63,834 nt of DNA, filler included, from Octopus bimaculoides (GCF_001194135.2; 6 parts of 6 records of this genome joined end to end with filler, not necessarily neighbours in it), one strand, 5' to 3'. Shown: positions 25,928 to 40,282, counted from the whole stretch's first letter. Notes: generated from the letters alone by a model not told the origin. Translations and numbers: made by a program.

Positions 25928-26051
25928 CAAGTCTTTTGGCATGTTGCCAACATCGTTCCACTCCGTACTGTTAAACTGATAATTGCCTTCCATTATTGCA
26001 CGGAGCATGTAGATTTGTTTACGGTGCCAAAATGGTGGAGAACCACTCAAT
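25928..26051 (-). CDS. PHKG: Phosphorylase b kinase gamma catalytic chain, internal exon (gene 5' part not found in this piece)
   Basis: Acceptor TTTTTTCAG and donor GTAATT on the minus strand. Encodes [41 protein letters not shown]; the PPFWHRKQ motif is characteristic of PHKG. Confidence 0.96.
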
Positions 26052-27589
26052 CTGAAAAAATATTCATGAATAAATGAATTAAATTGCTACCTTTAACTAG
26101 GAAGTTGATGTTTTATGCATTTAATCTTATTTCTAACGAGGTTTGCTATATTGAGATATAAACTAATTGATGAGATAAACACGTCACAGATGAGATTACA
26201 TCTACAGCTTTAATAAAGCAATTAAGCTCAAGGTCAGCCAATAAAGGCTAAAACAAAAACCTAGAGAAGTTACTCAATTACCTAATACAGTAGCTGAAAT
26301 TTCTTCTTTCAGGTAAATCCCATTCTCAAATAGTAGGTCTGTATTTTAAGCACATGGGTAGACAGTACGGTCATCAGCTTGGCAACAAATTAAGCTAAGC
26401 TGTAGTATAGTGTCCAATTCAAAGGAGTGTGACAAATTCACAACCAAAACATTAGTTTAGGAATAAAGTGAGTCTAGGATATAACTGATGAACTGTACTC
26501 TAGGTTATGAATTTGAGTTTGAATAGTGTGAAGATCAAGGTGAGGGTCAACCCATTTGACCATCATTTTGGTAATAAGCCACAGAAATTTCTAATTGAAA
26601 GTTCAACTATTCTTGAGATTCTGGGTAGATGGTGTGATGTATTGAATGATGTATGCAAAAAATTCTCATCCCACTTAGTTGAAGAAAGAAAAACAAAAAC
26701 CTAATGGTAGTTGATAATGATGTTCAAAGAAAAGAAGTAAATAATTTCAAGAGATTAATTTTCATTAAGCATAAAAATTAAGAAAATTAATTTTCATGAT
26801 TAAGCAGAAAGATCTGATCTTTATTAGTATGTATAGCAACAGCTAACAACTGCAGACATGTTTACGTCTTATTAGACCTTATCAACAAAGATCATCTCAA
26901 GACTGCTTCAACCATAGGACTGAGATTTTTACATGCAGAAACAGATTTAGGAGGTAATGTATACAAAATATTCTGAATGAATTGAAATATAATCGTCTCA
27001 GTTTGAGAAAGAAAACTAGAACTGAACATCATTCATTAGGAAGTCACAAAGAAAAGGAAAAAGGATTAGAATAATTTCACTGAAAATTTCATTTATATGT
27101 CAAATAGTATTGGGAGGAACAACATGGAACTTAAAGAGAAAATCTTTAAGATCAAATACAATTAGGCATACATACTCATTTAAGTTCACAGCAAAAACTA
27201 ATTCAACCGTTCTATCCCAAAATGTCTGGAAATTTAAAGAGCAAACATTACCCTAACCTAGAATATCAGAGGCACAGCACCCCATACACTAAACAAAACA
27301 AGAAATACTCTTTATCTTTCCAAGAAATTCCATATTCTGACATAACCACAGTCATTAGGATTACTGGAGTGAAAAACTGAAATTTAAACTTTCTGACATC
27401 ACAGGTCCAACATTCCTATAAATTTTTCAAATCCTCACAGCATAGTATCCCTTGTCATAAATCATTTCACTGAGGCTCTGTACCAATAAGTAATCTCCTA
27501 GTGTCAACAACTGTCACTGGGGTATACTCCCTTTCATTCAACCTTTTTTTTTTTTTTTTTCCAGTCATCTCGCCAAGTTGAACTATTGA

Positions 27590-27760
27590 ACTCTACACAG
27601 TTTTTCTCTCTCCGTTTTTTTCTTCTTAATCCTTTCTAACAAAGAGCGTAGGCTTGAAATGTAAAAGATTCTTCCATTTTTCGCAAGCGTTAAACTAATA
27701 CACCTGCTTGTTGTTCTTACACCTGTCTTTGTCTTTTGTTTTCTGTAAATTTGAACTATA
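27590..27760 (+). mobile_element. Decayed copy of the 53.0-53.2 kb pLTR-type repeat
   Basis: Shares AAAGAGCGTAGGCT.GAAA.GT.AAAGA and GCGTTAAACTAATACA...CACCTGTCTT with 53057-53160. Confidence 0.5.
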
Positions 27761-27844
27761 TATATCATCATCATCATCATCATCGTTTAACGTCCGCTTT
27801 CCATGCTAGCATGGGTTGGACGATTTGACTGAGGACTGGTGAAA

Positions 27845-27944
27845 NNNNNNNNNNNNNNNNNNNNNNNNNNNNNNNNNNNNNNNNNNNNTTAATTAATTAA
27901 NNNNNNNNNNNNNNNNNNNNNNNNNNNNNNNNNNNNNNNNNNNN
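27845..27944. other. Artificial scaffold linker (44N-TTAATTAATTAA-44N); also at 37063-37162, 47147-47246, 55354-55453, 61922-62021
   Basis: Identical 100-bp structure five times; the 12-mer has stop codons in all six frames. Confidence 0.95.
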
Positions 27945-28464
27945 TATGTATGTATGTATGCATGAATGTATGTATGTATATATGTATGTATATATGCATG
28001 TATGTATGTATGTATATATGTATGTATAAATGTATGTATGTATGTATGTATGAATGTATGAATGTATATGTATGCATTATGTATATGCATAAACATTCGC
28101 AAATACACACGATATACACATGCAAACACACACACACATATGTATGCATGCATGCATATATGTACAAATATATCAGTGATAATTGATGCATGAATGTAAG
28201 ACATGCAATTTATGCCAAAAATATATTCAAATGAAACGCAAGTGATAAATCAAAGTTATACATAAATGTCTCATTTCTGCAACAGACAAAAGGTACATAC
28301 ATGCTATAGTTACTTAAATTCGATTACATGCTTTTGATTTTTATAACCGCATGCTCTGACTTAAGTACCAAGAGTCACCCCTGATACATACATACATCCA
28401 TACATACCTACATATACGCATGCATACATACATACATACATACATATATACATACATACATATA

Positions 28465-28797
28465 TGGATCACTCCGTCGGTTACAACGACGAGGGTCCAA
28501 GCTGATACAATCAATGGAACAGCTTGCTCGTGAAATTAACGAATTAACGTGCAAGTGACTGAGCAATCCACAGACACGTCTACCCCTAACGTAGTTCTCA
28601 GGGAGACTCAGCGTGACACAGAGTCTGACAAGACTGGCCCTTTGAAATACAAGTACTACTCATTTTTGCCAGCTGAGTGGACTGGAGCAACGTGAAATAA
28701 AGTGTCTTGCTCAAGGACACAACGTGTCGCCGGGAATTGAACTCACGACTTTACGATCGTGAGCCGAATGCCCTAACCACTAAGCCATGCGCCTTCA
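28465..28797 (-). mobile_element. tRNA-derived SINE
   Basis: Head GAAGGCGCATGGCTTAGTGGTTAGGGC...GAGTTCAATTCCC; body homologous to 21866-22253. Confidence 0.85.
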
Positions 28798-29103
28798 CAT
28801 ACATACATGAAGACATACATACATATATATATCATCATCATCATCATCATCATTTAACATCTGTTTTCCATGCTGGCATGGGCTGGACAGTTTGACTGAA
28901 ACTGGTAAGTTGTAGGGCTACACCAGGTTCCAATCTGATTTGGCATGGTTTCTATGGTTGGATGCCCTTCCTAACACCAACCACTCCAAGAGTGTAATGG
29001 GTACTTTTTACATGATACCAGCATGGATACCAGTTACAAAACACAGGCATCAGCCACGACTATGATCTTACTCGGCTTCACAGGTCTTCTTAAGCACAGT
29101 ATG

Positions 29104-29151
<48 letters not shown>

Positions 29152-30175
29152 AACAAACATACATACATACATACATACATACATACATACATGCATGCAT
29201 ACAGGCTTGCATGTAAAAAAGTAAAGACCTCTTTCAGTCATCAATGACCATGGGATTGCACCTAGAAGGTTCCCCTTGAGGGACAAGTCTAGGCAAGGTT
29301 GTTTATGGAAGACTAGCAGTTGCCTTTGCTTTCCTGCCTCCCTTCTCCACTCCATTGATGTTATCCAAGGGAAAGGCAAATATTGATACAGATTGGCAAT
29401 AGTGACATCTCAACTCATTTCTACAGTTGAGTGAAATAAAGTATCTTACTCAAGACACAACACAGCCTGAGCCCCAGAATCAAACTCACTACTGCATGAT
29501 TGTGAGCCTCATGCTCTAAATACTAAGCCATGTGCCTTCACTACATACATACGTACATACATACATATTTATCTATCTATATATATATATTAAATATATA
29601 CAGATATATATATTAAAGTAATAAAGTTAATGTCTAGTCATAGTGCGAGCAATGGTTTCACATCCACAAAAGCTGTATATGTACAATATATATACAATAT
29701 AGATATCATCATCATCATTTAATGTCCATTGTCCATGCTGGCACGCTGGAAAGCTGCACCAGACAGCAGTCTGATTTGGCATGGTTTTCTATGGCTGGAT
29801 GCCCTTCTAAACATCAACAATTCCAAGAGTGTAATGGTTGCTTTTACTTGCCACTAGCATGGCTGCCATATGAGTGAAAACAAGGTGTGTTTACATGCCA
29901 CCGGCACAGGTGCCAATATGCGTGACACCGGTATCTGCCACAACTGTGATTTTGCTCTGCTTGAAGGGTCTTCTTCTCAAGCACAACATAATGCCAAGGG
30001 TCTTGGTCATTGCCTCCGTGAGGCCCAACACTCAAAAGAAACTCGGCCACTTTGCCTTCGTGAGGCCCAATGTTCAAAAGATGTTCTTTACATGCCACCA
30101 GCATGGGTGCATTTGACTTGACAGGTCCTCTGAGGCATAATACCTCACCAAAGGTCTTGGTCACCAGTCACTGCC

Positions 30176-31631
30176 TCTGTCTTCTTGAGTCTACCTCTGT
30201 CACAAGTTCCCTCCACAGTTAGAGATTGGCACTTTTTTACACAGCTGTCCTTGTCCATACGCATCACATGACCATACCAGCACAGTTGTCTCTCTTACAC
30301 ACCACATGTGATTTCACTTGTGCCTAACTTTTTCCTCAAGACGCTTACACTCTGACAAACATGCATAACTGTTCACACACAGGCATCATACAATCTGCTT
30401 TTCACTCTGAAAGAGAGACCCTTTGTTGCCAGCAGGATTAGGAACTCTCTGAACTTTGCCCAGCCTAATCTTATTTTCACAGATACACTCTCGGAGCATC
30501 CACTTCCACTACTAACTAGGTCACCTAGATAATGGAAGTTATCTACTACCTCTAGCTTGCCCCCTGGCAGTTGATAGAGTCTATCTTCTGTGCATTTTCA
30601 GCATTTATTATACCTGTGCACCTTCCACATACACAAGTTAGTTTCCCTGTTAACTTTCACCAGATGTTACTGCACCTTTTACGTGTCCAAAGCTTACACT
30701 AGGTGCACCTTATGGAGTTTTTACCTACACCTTTTCTGCAGATCGAGCAGGGCCATCTACTTGAAGGGATTTGTGATTTATCTGCCTTTCTACTTACTAT
30801 GACTTTAGTTTTAGATAGGTTAAATCTAAGGTCCTTTGATTCTAGGCCTTGCTTCCATACCTGGAACTTTTTCTCTAGTTCAAGTAGTGATTCAGCTACA
30901 AGAGCAAGATCATCAACATAGAAGCGCTTCCAGGGGTAGGCTGTCTTGAATTCCTCTGTTACTTCTCGGAGGACTATGATGAACTAGAGGGTACTGTACA
31001 CCAATCCTTGGTGAACCCCTACTTGTACCCTGAATCCTTTGCTGTACTCATTGCCCACCCACACTTTACTGGTAGCATTCCTGTACAGGGCTTGTACAGC
31101 TCTCACCAAGCACTTGTCTATCTCTAGTTTTCACATTGACCACCAGAGATAAGGGATTTGGGAACTCTGTCAAAAACTTTCTCCAAGTCAACAAAAGCCA
31201 AGTACAGAAGTTTATCTTTGGCTAGGTATTTCTCCTGAAGTTTCCTTACCAGAAATATAGCATCAGTGGTACTTCTACCTGGCACAAAACCAAACAGCAT
31301 CTCATCTAGACCAGCTCTATCCCTAATTGGTTAGGCTATGACTCTCTCCGTAACTTTCATCACCTGATCCAACAATTTGATACTTCTGTAATTATTTCTG
31401 TCTAAGTCATCACCTTTATCTTTGTAGCAGTTGACTATGGTGCTGCTACACCAGTCATTTGGTATGACTCCTTCATGAACCACCTGATTTACAATACAGG
31501 TGACTAGACCATAACCTACACCGCCAGATATTTTAAGCATCTCAGCAGTGATTCCTGATGGGCCAGGGGCTTTCCTTGTCTTCATATCCCTAATTGCTTT
31601 ATCTACCAGAGTACTGTCAATTCAGGTAGCT
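30176..31631 (-). mobile_element. RTE-like LINE reverse transcriptase, decayed
   Basis: KAPGPSGITAEMLK, NNYRSIKLLDQVMKV, FVPGRSTTDAIF, LAFVDLEKVFDRV, GVHQG and YVDDL motifs with stops and frameshifts. Confidence 0.92.
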
Positions 31632-31649
31632 GATCCCTCAATTGGGTCA

Positions 31650-31688
<39 letters not shown>

Positions 31689-31698
31689 NNNNNNNNNN

Positions 31699-31715
31699 CG
31701 ACGCTCTTCCGATCT
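31699..31715 (+). other. Illumina adapter remnant
   Basis: CGACGCTCTTCCGATCT directly after an N gap equals the 3' end of the TruSeq Read 1 primer sequence. Confidence 0.95.
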
Positions 31716-31789
31716 TGTGTAGTATACGTGGATGTTAGTGTGTGTGTGTATGTATATTGTATATATATATGTGGTCAGAAAATATTAGC

Positions 31790-32290
31790 TGTATTACTTA
31801 ATTGCTTACACAAAAATTTTACAGATCTCTTGGGAGATTTGTATCATGACAAAGCATCGTTTATGATTCACAGTACTAGTAAAGTTAACATTGGAAGGAT
31901 TAGGAAAAGGTTAAGAACATCTTTTAGCAACTTCAGCTTGAGTATATTGAAAAATAACCTCAAAATGGCAAGCTTTCTCAACATCACTTTGGATCTAAAC
32001 CCTTGAGTTGTTCTATTCCTTTGACAAGCCAGATGGAAATCAAAATTACATAAACCATATTCTAATCATCCAAGAAGTGTAATAAATGTGATTGTAAAGG
32101 TGGGATCACAACTACAATTCCTAATCTTTCAACTAATGAATACATCTTTAGGCAACATTCCCGATAGTACAAGACAACCATTTATGGAGCTGATTACAAA
32201 GATAACATTTATACCTCTAAATCCAAGGAGTCCATCAGTGACAATGGATTTAACAGTTCTAACCCTAAGGGTATTTGTAAAATTACCAAT
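31790..32290 (+). mobile_element. Penelope-like RT C-terminal fragment
   Basis: NNLKMASFLNITLDL..KPD...YIN..SNHPRSVI resembles the Penelope RT thumb region; followed by (AAT)n. Confidence 0.6.
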
Positions 32291-32304
32291 AATGTTGATA
32301 ACAC

Positions 32305-32321
32305 TAATAATAATAATAATG

Positions 32322-32389
<68 letters not shown>

Positions 32390-32399
32390 AACAATAATG

Positions 32400-32439
<40 letters not shown>

Positions 32440-32456
32440 TAGTAATAATAATAATG

Positions 32457-32516
<60 letters not shown>

Positions 32517-32517
32517 G
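32305..32517. repeat. Compound (AAT)n/(AAC)n microsatellite, representative of dozens of AT, AC, AG, ATAC, ATAG, AAT, AAG and GAT arrays in the window
   Basis: Direct reading; these arrays generate most of the low-complexity ORFs. Confidence 0.98.
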
Positions 32518-32744
32518 AAAAGCCCTATTAATTTAAATGTCTGTGTTGTATTACATGAAGATATTTCCCGATTGCTCCTGCCACTTCCCCTCTCCAAGCT
32601 ATCAGTCATACTGTAGCATCTCTTATCCTTCACTTGCCCTAGGACACAGGGTGTGCCTCGGCAAGTAATTGTAACAAACATGCAGATTAAAAGTAAATAA
32701 TGAAAATAATAATAATGATTACTTTATTAACCACAAAAAAGTTT

Positions 32745-33202
32745 GCGTAAACAAACATTATGGACAGCACAAAACAAATACAATGTGGGGTTATATGAAA
32801 ATCGTTTAAACAATGAAAAAAAAAAACAATATTGGACTCAGCTAATAGCCATATCTGTTTCACATGTGACAACAGGTGTTCAACATAAACCCACAAGTCA
32901 GAAATATTTGGGCACTGGATGAAAGCACGCAGGTCAATGGAGAGAGCAGAAGTGATACCAGTAGTTACTGGTGCACTTGAAAGTGAAAGTATCAGTACTC
33001 AACTACCAACATGGCTCCAAAAAAAATGGTGCAAATATAAAGATAGAACACCCTACAAAAATCATCATTGCTTGGAACTGCAAGAGTTCTCTGCAGGGCT
33101 TTTTGAAGCATGATCAATAAACAAGTATCACCTTAGTCTGCTGGCTTTAGACAGCTGACACTTTCCATCATACCCAGCAAAATAAGCTGAGAGTTTTAAG
33201 CA

Positions 33203-33205
<3 letters not shown>
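32745..33205 (+). mobile_element. RLE-type (R4/Hero-like) non-LTR retroelement 3' fragment
   Basis: Decayed CCHC region, EVIPVVTGAL.S.S..LPTWL, LLGTARVL motif, short 3' UTR ending in (AAT)n. Confidence 0.65.
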
Positions 33206-33239
<34 letters not shown>

Positions 33240-33242
<3 letters not shown>

Positions 33243-33348
33243 GGCTTGCTATCTGCAGCCTATGGTACCATGCAATCTGTTCTTTTCAGCTATCTAACAC
33301 TTTCCTGATTATTCTGGCCATGCCAAGGAGGCAAACCGTTTGTAATAG

Positions 33349-33350
<2 letters not shown>
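33240..33350 (-). mobile_element. RLE-type non-LTR retroelement extreme 3' end
   Basis: LQTVCLLGMARIIRKVLDS*, embedded between (AAT)n and (ATT)n arrays. Confidence 0.65.
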
Positions 33351-33428
<78 letters not shown>

Positions 33429-33433
<5 letters not shown>

Positions 33434-33614
33434 TGTTGTGTCTGGGGAGAGTCATTTTCTTTTTGTGCCTTATAATTTAACATACTCACCGGTAAAATTT
33501 CCATTTATTCCTTATTTTCATTTTCCTAAAATTTTCATTGCATCTTGCGACGGTGAGTGTATTAAATTACAAGGCACAAAAAGAAAATGACTCTCCCCCA
33601 GACACAACAGAATA
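33429..33614. repeat. Foldback inverted repeat (~63-bp arms, ~59-nt spacer)
   Basis: Arm 33429-33491 is the near-exact reverse complement of 33551-33614. Confidence 0.95.
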
Positions 33615-34084
33615 TGCTTCAACACACGAACTCACATAAAGAATCTTGCAAACCAAATCCAAAAACGAAATTATTATTATTATTCTGGCAGAATCGTTAG
33701 CATGCTGGACGAAATGTTTAGCGGTTATCTCACCTGTTGTTATGTTCTGAGTTCAAATTCCAGCAAGGTCGACTTTGCCTTTCATCCTTTCGGGTCAATA
33801 AATTAAGTACCAGCTGCATACTGGGGTCAATCTAATCAACTGGCCCCGCCCCTAAAATTTCAGGCTTTGTGCCTATAGTAGAAAGGATTATTATAATTAT
33901 TATTATTATTGTTGTTGTTGTTGTTGTTGTTGTTGTTAGTTTTCCAATTTTGTTTCCATTTCTTGCCAAGTTCCTCCTGATTATCATTTAGATCTTGTTT
34001 CTTACATTCAGCTTTGTCTTGAGTATTACCCTTACTCTGCAATAACATTCTCTTCTTGTCCTTTCCCTCATCATTGAATGTTTA

Positions 34085-34140
<56 letters not shown>

Positions 34141-35189
34141 TATCATTATCGTCATCATAACAATAGTGGGAAGAGCATTAAAAGGAAGAATATGAATAAT
34201 AACGGTAATACTAATAAAAGTAATTATGGTGTTAATAATAAAAATGCTGATAATAGTAAAAGTAATGGTAGTGAGGGTAATAACAATAGAAATAATGATG
34301 ATATTCGACAAATATTGTGATATAACCCTCCTGGTGCAATAAATGTAATTGCACAACTAGCAAAGAAATTTTTAGAGCATTAGAGCATAATTTCTCTCCT
34401 TTTAATAAATATAGAAAAATCTTTAATAAGCATGTTAATAAAATTCTTTTTCTACCACACCTAATTTAGCAGATAAATATCGCTGTTATTAATCATAGTA
34501 AGATTAATAAACATTCCCTTCAAACATGAAACTAGTAGACCTCACTCTACTGGCCATGCCTGCCTACAATGGTTCATGTGAAACTGCTGTGACCAAGGTT
34601 GATTTCCCTAGCACTCTAAATTTATGGAACTTTAACAAAAGTGGTAGTAGTAATAGTAATAATAATAATAATGATAATAGTAATGTTAGTAATAACAACA
34701 ACAAGAATAATAATAATGAGAAGGATAGTATTGACAATGAAAATAATCATAGTATAAGTGGTAGTTATTATGGAAGTTTTAGTTTGAATAACTGTAATGA
34801 CAACAGCAACAATAACAGTGACAATCCTAATTTATCTGACACTGATGAGTTTCTGACTGATGTAATAGTAATAATGGTATAATGAATGAGGAAGAGGCAC
34901 CAATACAGATAGTAACACCACTGATAATAAAAGTGAACATGCTCATTCAATTGACTCTGTACCCAGCCAGATTCCTTTCCCAAGTTAACTAATTTGTGCA
35001 ACAATAATAAAAAATTGACTACCCACTTCACAATAAATGCTTAACTAAAAATATTGTATACAAGTGTAATATTGAAACTAATCAATGAAATTTCTCTTAT
35101 TTAGGTGCCACAATTTTGAAATCGAGATTACACTTCAGTGGGGTTTGAGACTGCCTGTCCATGTAAACTCCAATATACCAAAGCTCTTG

Positions 35190-36090
35190 TTTCCATAGCT
35201 GAATCTAAAGGGAAATTAGAGAGAAAATTCCAAGTATAGAAACAAAAACCTTAAATCAAGAGGTCATCAAATAAACTTAGTAAAGACAAGGTTTTAGTAA
35301 GTTAGGAAGGTCTCTGGTACTTTCAGGAAATGGTCTTGTTCAATATGCAAAAAAGAAGTAGGTGTAGACTCTGTATTCTGTACCCAATGTACAGTAATAA
35401 CACACTGGAGATGTAGTGAAATCACCAACACCTTATCAAAGAATGTAAGTTTTGTAAGTGATAGATGCACTAGAGCAGTATGTACTGTGAGTGCACCAGT
35501 AATAGACATCCTTGAATGTCTAGATGACTTGTTAAAAATGGTTGATAGCTTTTGCTACCAAGGCAACTTCATCAAGAGAGAAAATTGGTCTGAAAGTATA
35601 GAATATGGACAGGTTAGGGAAAGTTTAAGGAGCTACTGCCACTGCTGACAGCAAAGGTCTTTTTCTCTTCAAGTGAAAGGCACATTGCATGATGCTTTTG
35701 TTAGAACTGCAATGCTACATGGTAGAGAGATAGGGGTCTTGACTACAGAGTATTTGAGATGACTGAAAAGAAATGAAGTATGCATGCCCCACTCACTATG
35801 CAATATAAGTGTACATGAAAGGCATAGTATAAAGTTGCTGAGAGAATAACTGAGCATAAGAGGAATCAGATGTATTGTGCAAGAAAGAAAACATGTGATG
35901 TGTGTGGATGAGGACAGCTGTATAAAGAAGTGCTGAAAAAGAATGTGGAGTGTGTGGAAGAGGAAGGCCCAGGGAGACATGGGTGGAAGTAGTAAGAGCT
36001 GCCCTTAAGAGCTTTAACTTTATAGAAGACATGACAAGAAATCAGGATGACTGGTTAAACGTGGTTCTTTGAGGAGACTCACTCAGCCCA
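35190..36090 (+). mobile_element. RTE-like LINE C-terminal fragment, decayed
   Basis: Degenerate VVDSFCY.G, CVRTAMLHG.E, RGRPRETWVEVVR motifs, read across frameshifts. Confidence 0.8.
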
Positions 36091-37162
36091 GTGAAACTAA
36101 ATTCTGGAAGTGCTGTTTGTGTATATTTGCACAACTGGATCCTTCACCCAAGTTTCATCTCAAGACATTCCACCACCACCCATCATCTCCCTAACTGCAG
36201 CTTTTCTTTGATATCTTTTATCTTTCTCACTAATCAAAACCATGTCAAAAACTGACCTCGCCTGTCTTGTGCCATGTAAAATGCACTCAGTCCACTCTGC
36301 AGAGTGGTTGGTGTTAGGAAGGGCATCTAGCTGTAAAAACCATGCCAAAGCAGACACTGAAGTCTAGTGCGGTCTTCTGCCTAGCCAGCTCCTGTCAAAC
36401 CACCCAACTCATGCCAGCATGGAAAGCAGATGTTAAATGATGATGATGATGATATAACTTGATATTTACCCCTCATAGTTAATACCACTCTCCACTGGCA
36501 TTTTATTTTGATCACTCACTTAGCCACCAAATTACTCACCCACACTCTTGCAACGTATCCAACTACATAACATCTCTCTCCCCCTCTCTCTCTCTCTCTT
36601 TGTCTTTTCAAACTTGGGTAGCCATGTGTCTCTTCCATTGTAAGGCACCTGTTTCATTTCCTCTATCATACTCTAACCCCTCTTCACCTGACACATGACC
36701 ACCTCCCCCAATACTACTCCATGCTCAGTTGAGTAGTCTTGTTTTGCAAATTACTCAATGACCTTGACAATGCTGATGCCTTTTAAAATGCATTTAGTAC
36801 ACTGTAACATCATTATCATTAGGAAAGGCGTCCAGCTGTAGAAACCATGCCAAAGCAGACATTACGGCTTGGCACAGCCCTCTCACTCACCAGCTCCTAT
36901 CAAATCTTACAACCCATGCTAGTGTGGAAGGAGGACATAAAATGATGATCGTGGTGGTGGTGGGGTAATGGTGGTGGTGGTGGTAGTGGAGGTGGTAGTG
37001 GAGGGTGGGGGGGTGAAGAAATGTCAACATCTGCACCACTTCACTCAACTAGGGACAAGCATNNNNNNNNNNNNNNNNNNNNNNNNNNNNNNNNNNNNNN
37101 NNNNNNTTAATTAATTAANNNNNNNNNNNNNNNNNNNNNNNNNNNNNNNNNNNNNNNNNNNN

Positions 37163-37214
<52 letters not shown>

Positions 37215-38008
37215 TACATGCATACATGCATACACACATGCAAATACACATATATATGCGTGTGTACATATACAATATACACACGCAGACATACGTTTAT
37301 ATGTGTGTGTATTAGTAAATACAGTAGATATTAATCCAAAATGATATAAATCGTATATTATTTATATTATGCAACGTAAACCATGCAATGTCATTTGTAT
37401 GAATATAGGTGTAGTACAATGAGAGAAAGGAGGGAATATCGAATGAAATACCTTTGAGAATTTAGTTTCTTCTCAGCTTGATCTGAATCCAAATCAAATT
37501 TGACTTTTACCTTACATCCTCTCGCTGTCAAAACAATCATTGCTACCCAATGGACAAACATTGGCGCTTGCTTTAACACCCCCAAAATTAATGTTTCATA
37601 TTATATGATACGCTATATTTTGCAGAAACATTGCTTGTTGCAGATGACAATATTTGAAACTATTAATGTATATTTATTTCAGTACATAGTATGAAATACC
37701 TTATATTGCATTTAACAATTCATATTTTTGTTGTGCCGATGTGATGTGTGTTTACATTTTATCTAATAATAAATTATGGTAATTTTATTTATCGTAACTC
37801 TAATTTGACATAACATAGTTTGAAATGTTCTAAAGGATTTTATATTTTAAGGATGTTTAAAGATAATCAATCCTCTTTAATCCAGTAGCAAATCATTAAA
37901 TTATTCTTATGTTTATAATTCTATTCAAGCTACCCATATTTGTTAAACCCCAGTCTTCCTTTGTTGTATTTCTAATATTGACCATTACATTTTGACTATT
38001 CAGATAGG

Positions 38009-38075
<67 letters not shown>

Positions 38076-38096
38076 AATAGTTAGATAGATAGATAG

Positions 38097-38134
<38 letters not shown>

Positions 38135-38868
38135 GCGCACACACATATATATACATATATTCTTTTACTCTTTTACTTGTCTCAGTCATTTGACTGCGCC
38201 CATGCTGGAGCACCGCCTTTATAGTCGAGCAAATCGACCCTAGAGTTTATTCTTTGTAAGCATAGTATTTATTTTATTGGTCTTATTTGCCGANNNNNNN
38301 NNNNNNNNNNNNNNNNNNNNNNNNNNNNNNNNNNNNNNNNNNNNNNNNNNNNNNNNNNNNNNNNNNNNNNNNNNNNNNNNNNNNNNNNNNNNNNNNNNNN
38401 NNNNNNNNNNNNNNNNNNNNNNNNNNNNNNNNNNNNNNNNNNNNNNNNNNNNNNNNNNNNNNNNNNNNNNNNNNNNNNNNNNNNNNNNNNNNNNNNNNNN
38501 NNNNNNNNNNNNNNNNNNNNNNNNNNNNNNNNNNNNNNNNNNNNNNNNNNNNNNNNNNNNNNNNNNNNNNNNNNNNNNNNNNNNNNNNNNNNNNNNNNNN
38601 NNNNNNNNNNNNNNNNNNNNNNNNNNNNNNNNNNNNNNNNNNNNNNNNNNNNNNNNNNNNNNNNNNNNNNNNNNNNNNNNNNNNNNNNNNNNNNNNNNNN
38701 NNNNNNNNNNNNNNNNNNNNNNNNNNNNNNNNNNNNNNNNNNNNNNNNNNNNNNNNNNNNNNNNNNNNNNTGCACATACACATGTACACTCACATATATA
38801 AATATGTATATACGTGTGTGTGTGTGTGTGTGTGTACGTAAATGCTATTATGTGTGTGGGCATATATG

Positions 38869-38899
<31 letters not shown>

Positions 38900-40247
38900 T
38901 TATGTATGTATGTTTGCATACTGAAAAACTATTCCTTTCTCTCCATCAATATTTGGATTGTTTGGTAAGATAGCTATGAAATAACAATATTACGTCAGTT
39001 GAGTCCGCTTAATTGTGTACCTCTTTTCTATTGATTTAATTTATTACAAAACCAAATTTCGTTGGGGATGGGATTCAGATAATTCAAATTAAGCGTTTTG
39101 CTGGTAATTATTTAATAGAGACCAATTTAGACAAAAGGAGATGGCGTTTAGTCCGATGACGTGCTCCTGCTATTTCACCACCTATTTTTATTATTATCAA
39201 AATCTGCTAAATTATTTGTTTTAGTTATTTCTATCAATTGGATATATATGCGTCACAGTACAACATATTTTTCACATCAACATATAATTCCCAAGATCTC
39301 TCTATAAATTGACAATAAGCCTGCAGCGACAAAATAAAGTTATAAACTGCCTTAAAACTGCATAAATATCGACTTGGAGCCATGTAAATTCTTCTTTTTA
39401 ATTTACATTTTTTAGTTTAAAAAGTCAAATAGATATCAACTTAAAGACTACTCTTGTATGAACATTTTCAATAATACAATAGATGTCCATTTCATGTAAT
39501 CGGCATACTGAAAGTTGATTGGAAACCCTTAAACGAATATAATGACTTATATAGGCATGAGACTAAGATTTAAATTTTAATTTGAATTGCTTGCTATACT
39601 GTTCATGCATTACTCGAAAATGTTTTCAACAGAAGTAAAAATGAAACAACTCCAGTTGGCGATTGAGACTGGGTACTGAACTTATTTTCCCGACAACTTA
39701 TCATCACGTATGAATGTTGTAAATACTTCAATATTTACTTATTAATGCCGCTACAATCAACACGCACAGACGCCATACATTCTGACAGTACATAAAAATG
39801 AAAATGTATATTTACCTTTCATCAGCTGATTTAATACTGGTCCATTGATTCTATTTCGTTATTATTTTCTCGTTCTCTCTGTCCCATGCTGTTCCAACTA
39901 CTACTGTTGCTAATCTTAATGTCTAAGAATTATCCATTCGCATTTAGTGCTTGTGTTTCTTTCTTTTCTGCCTTTCTCTGTGTGGAAGCAGGTGGTTGTG
40001 TGTGTGTTTGTATTTCGGAGCGAAGTTTATCTGCCACTTTAATATATCAGATAAATGTGGCTATCACTCCTTATTTCTTCCTTTCTCTTCCCTGTTGTCT
40101 GTATTTCTCACCAACTCAGTTTGTTTCATTCTACCTTATCAAACTGCTTTCACTATGTGTACTATTAGCAGATTATTAGAACCGTCTGGATATTTCGCGC
40201 GACAGTACCAGCTGATTTACTGTAGTAAAAGCACATGTACCTTCACA

Positions 40248-40282
<35 letters not shown>

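Noticed and set aside
34526-34882. 118-aa Asn-rich ORF as a gene
   Set aside because: It is dominated by degenerate AAT/AGT triplets, with no domain and no convincing splice partners.
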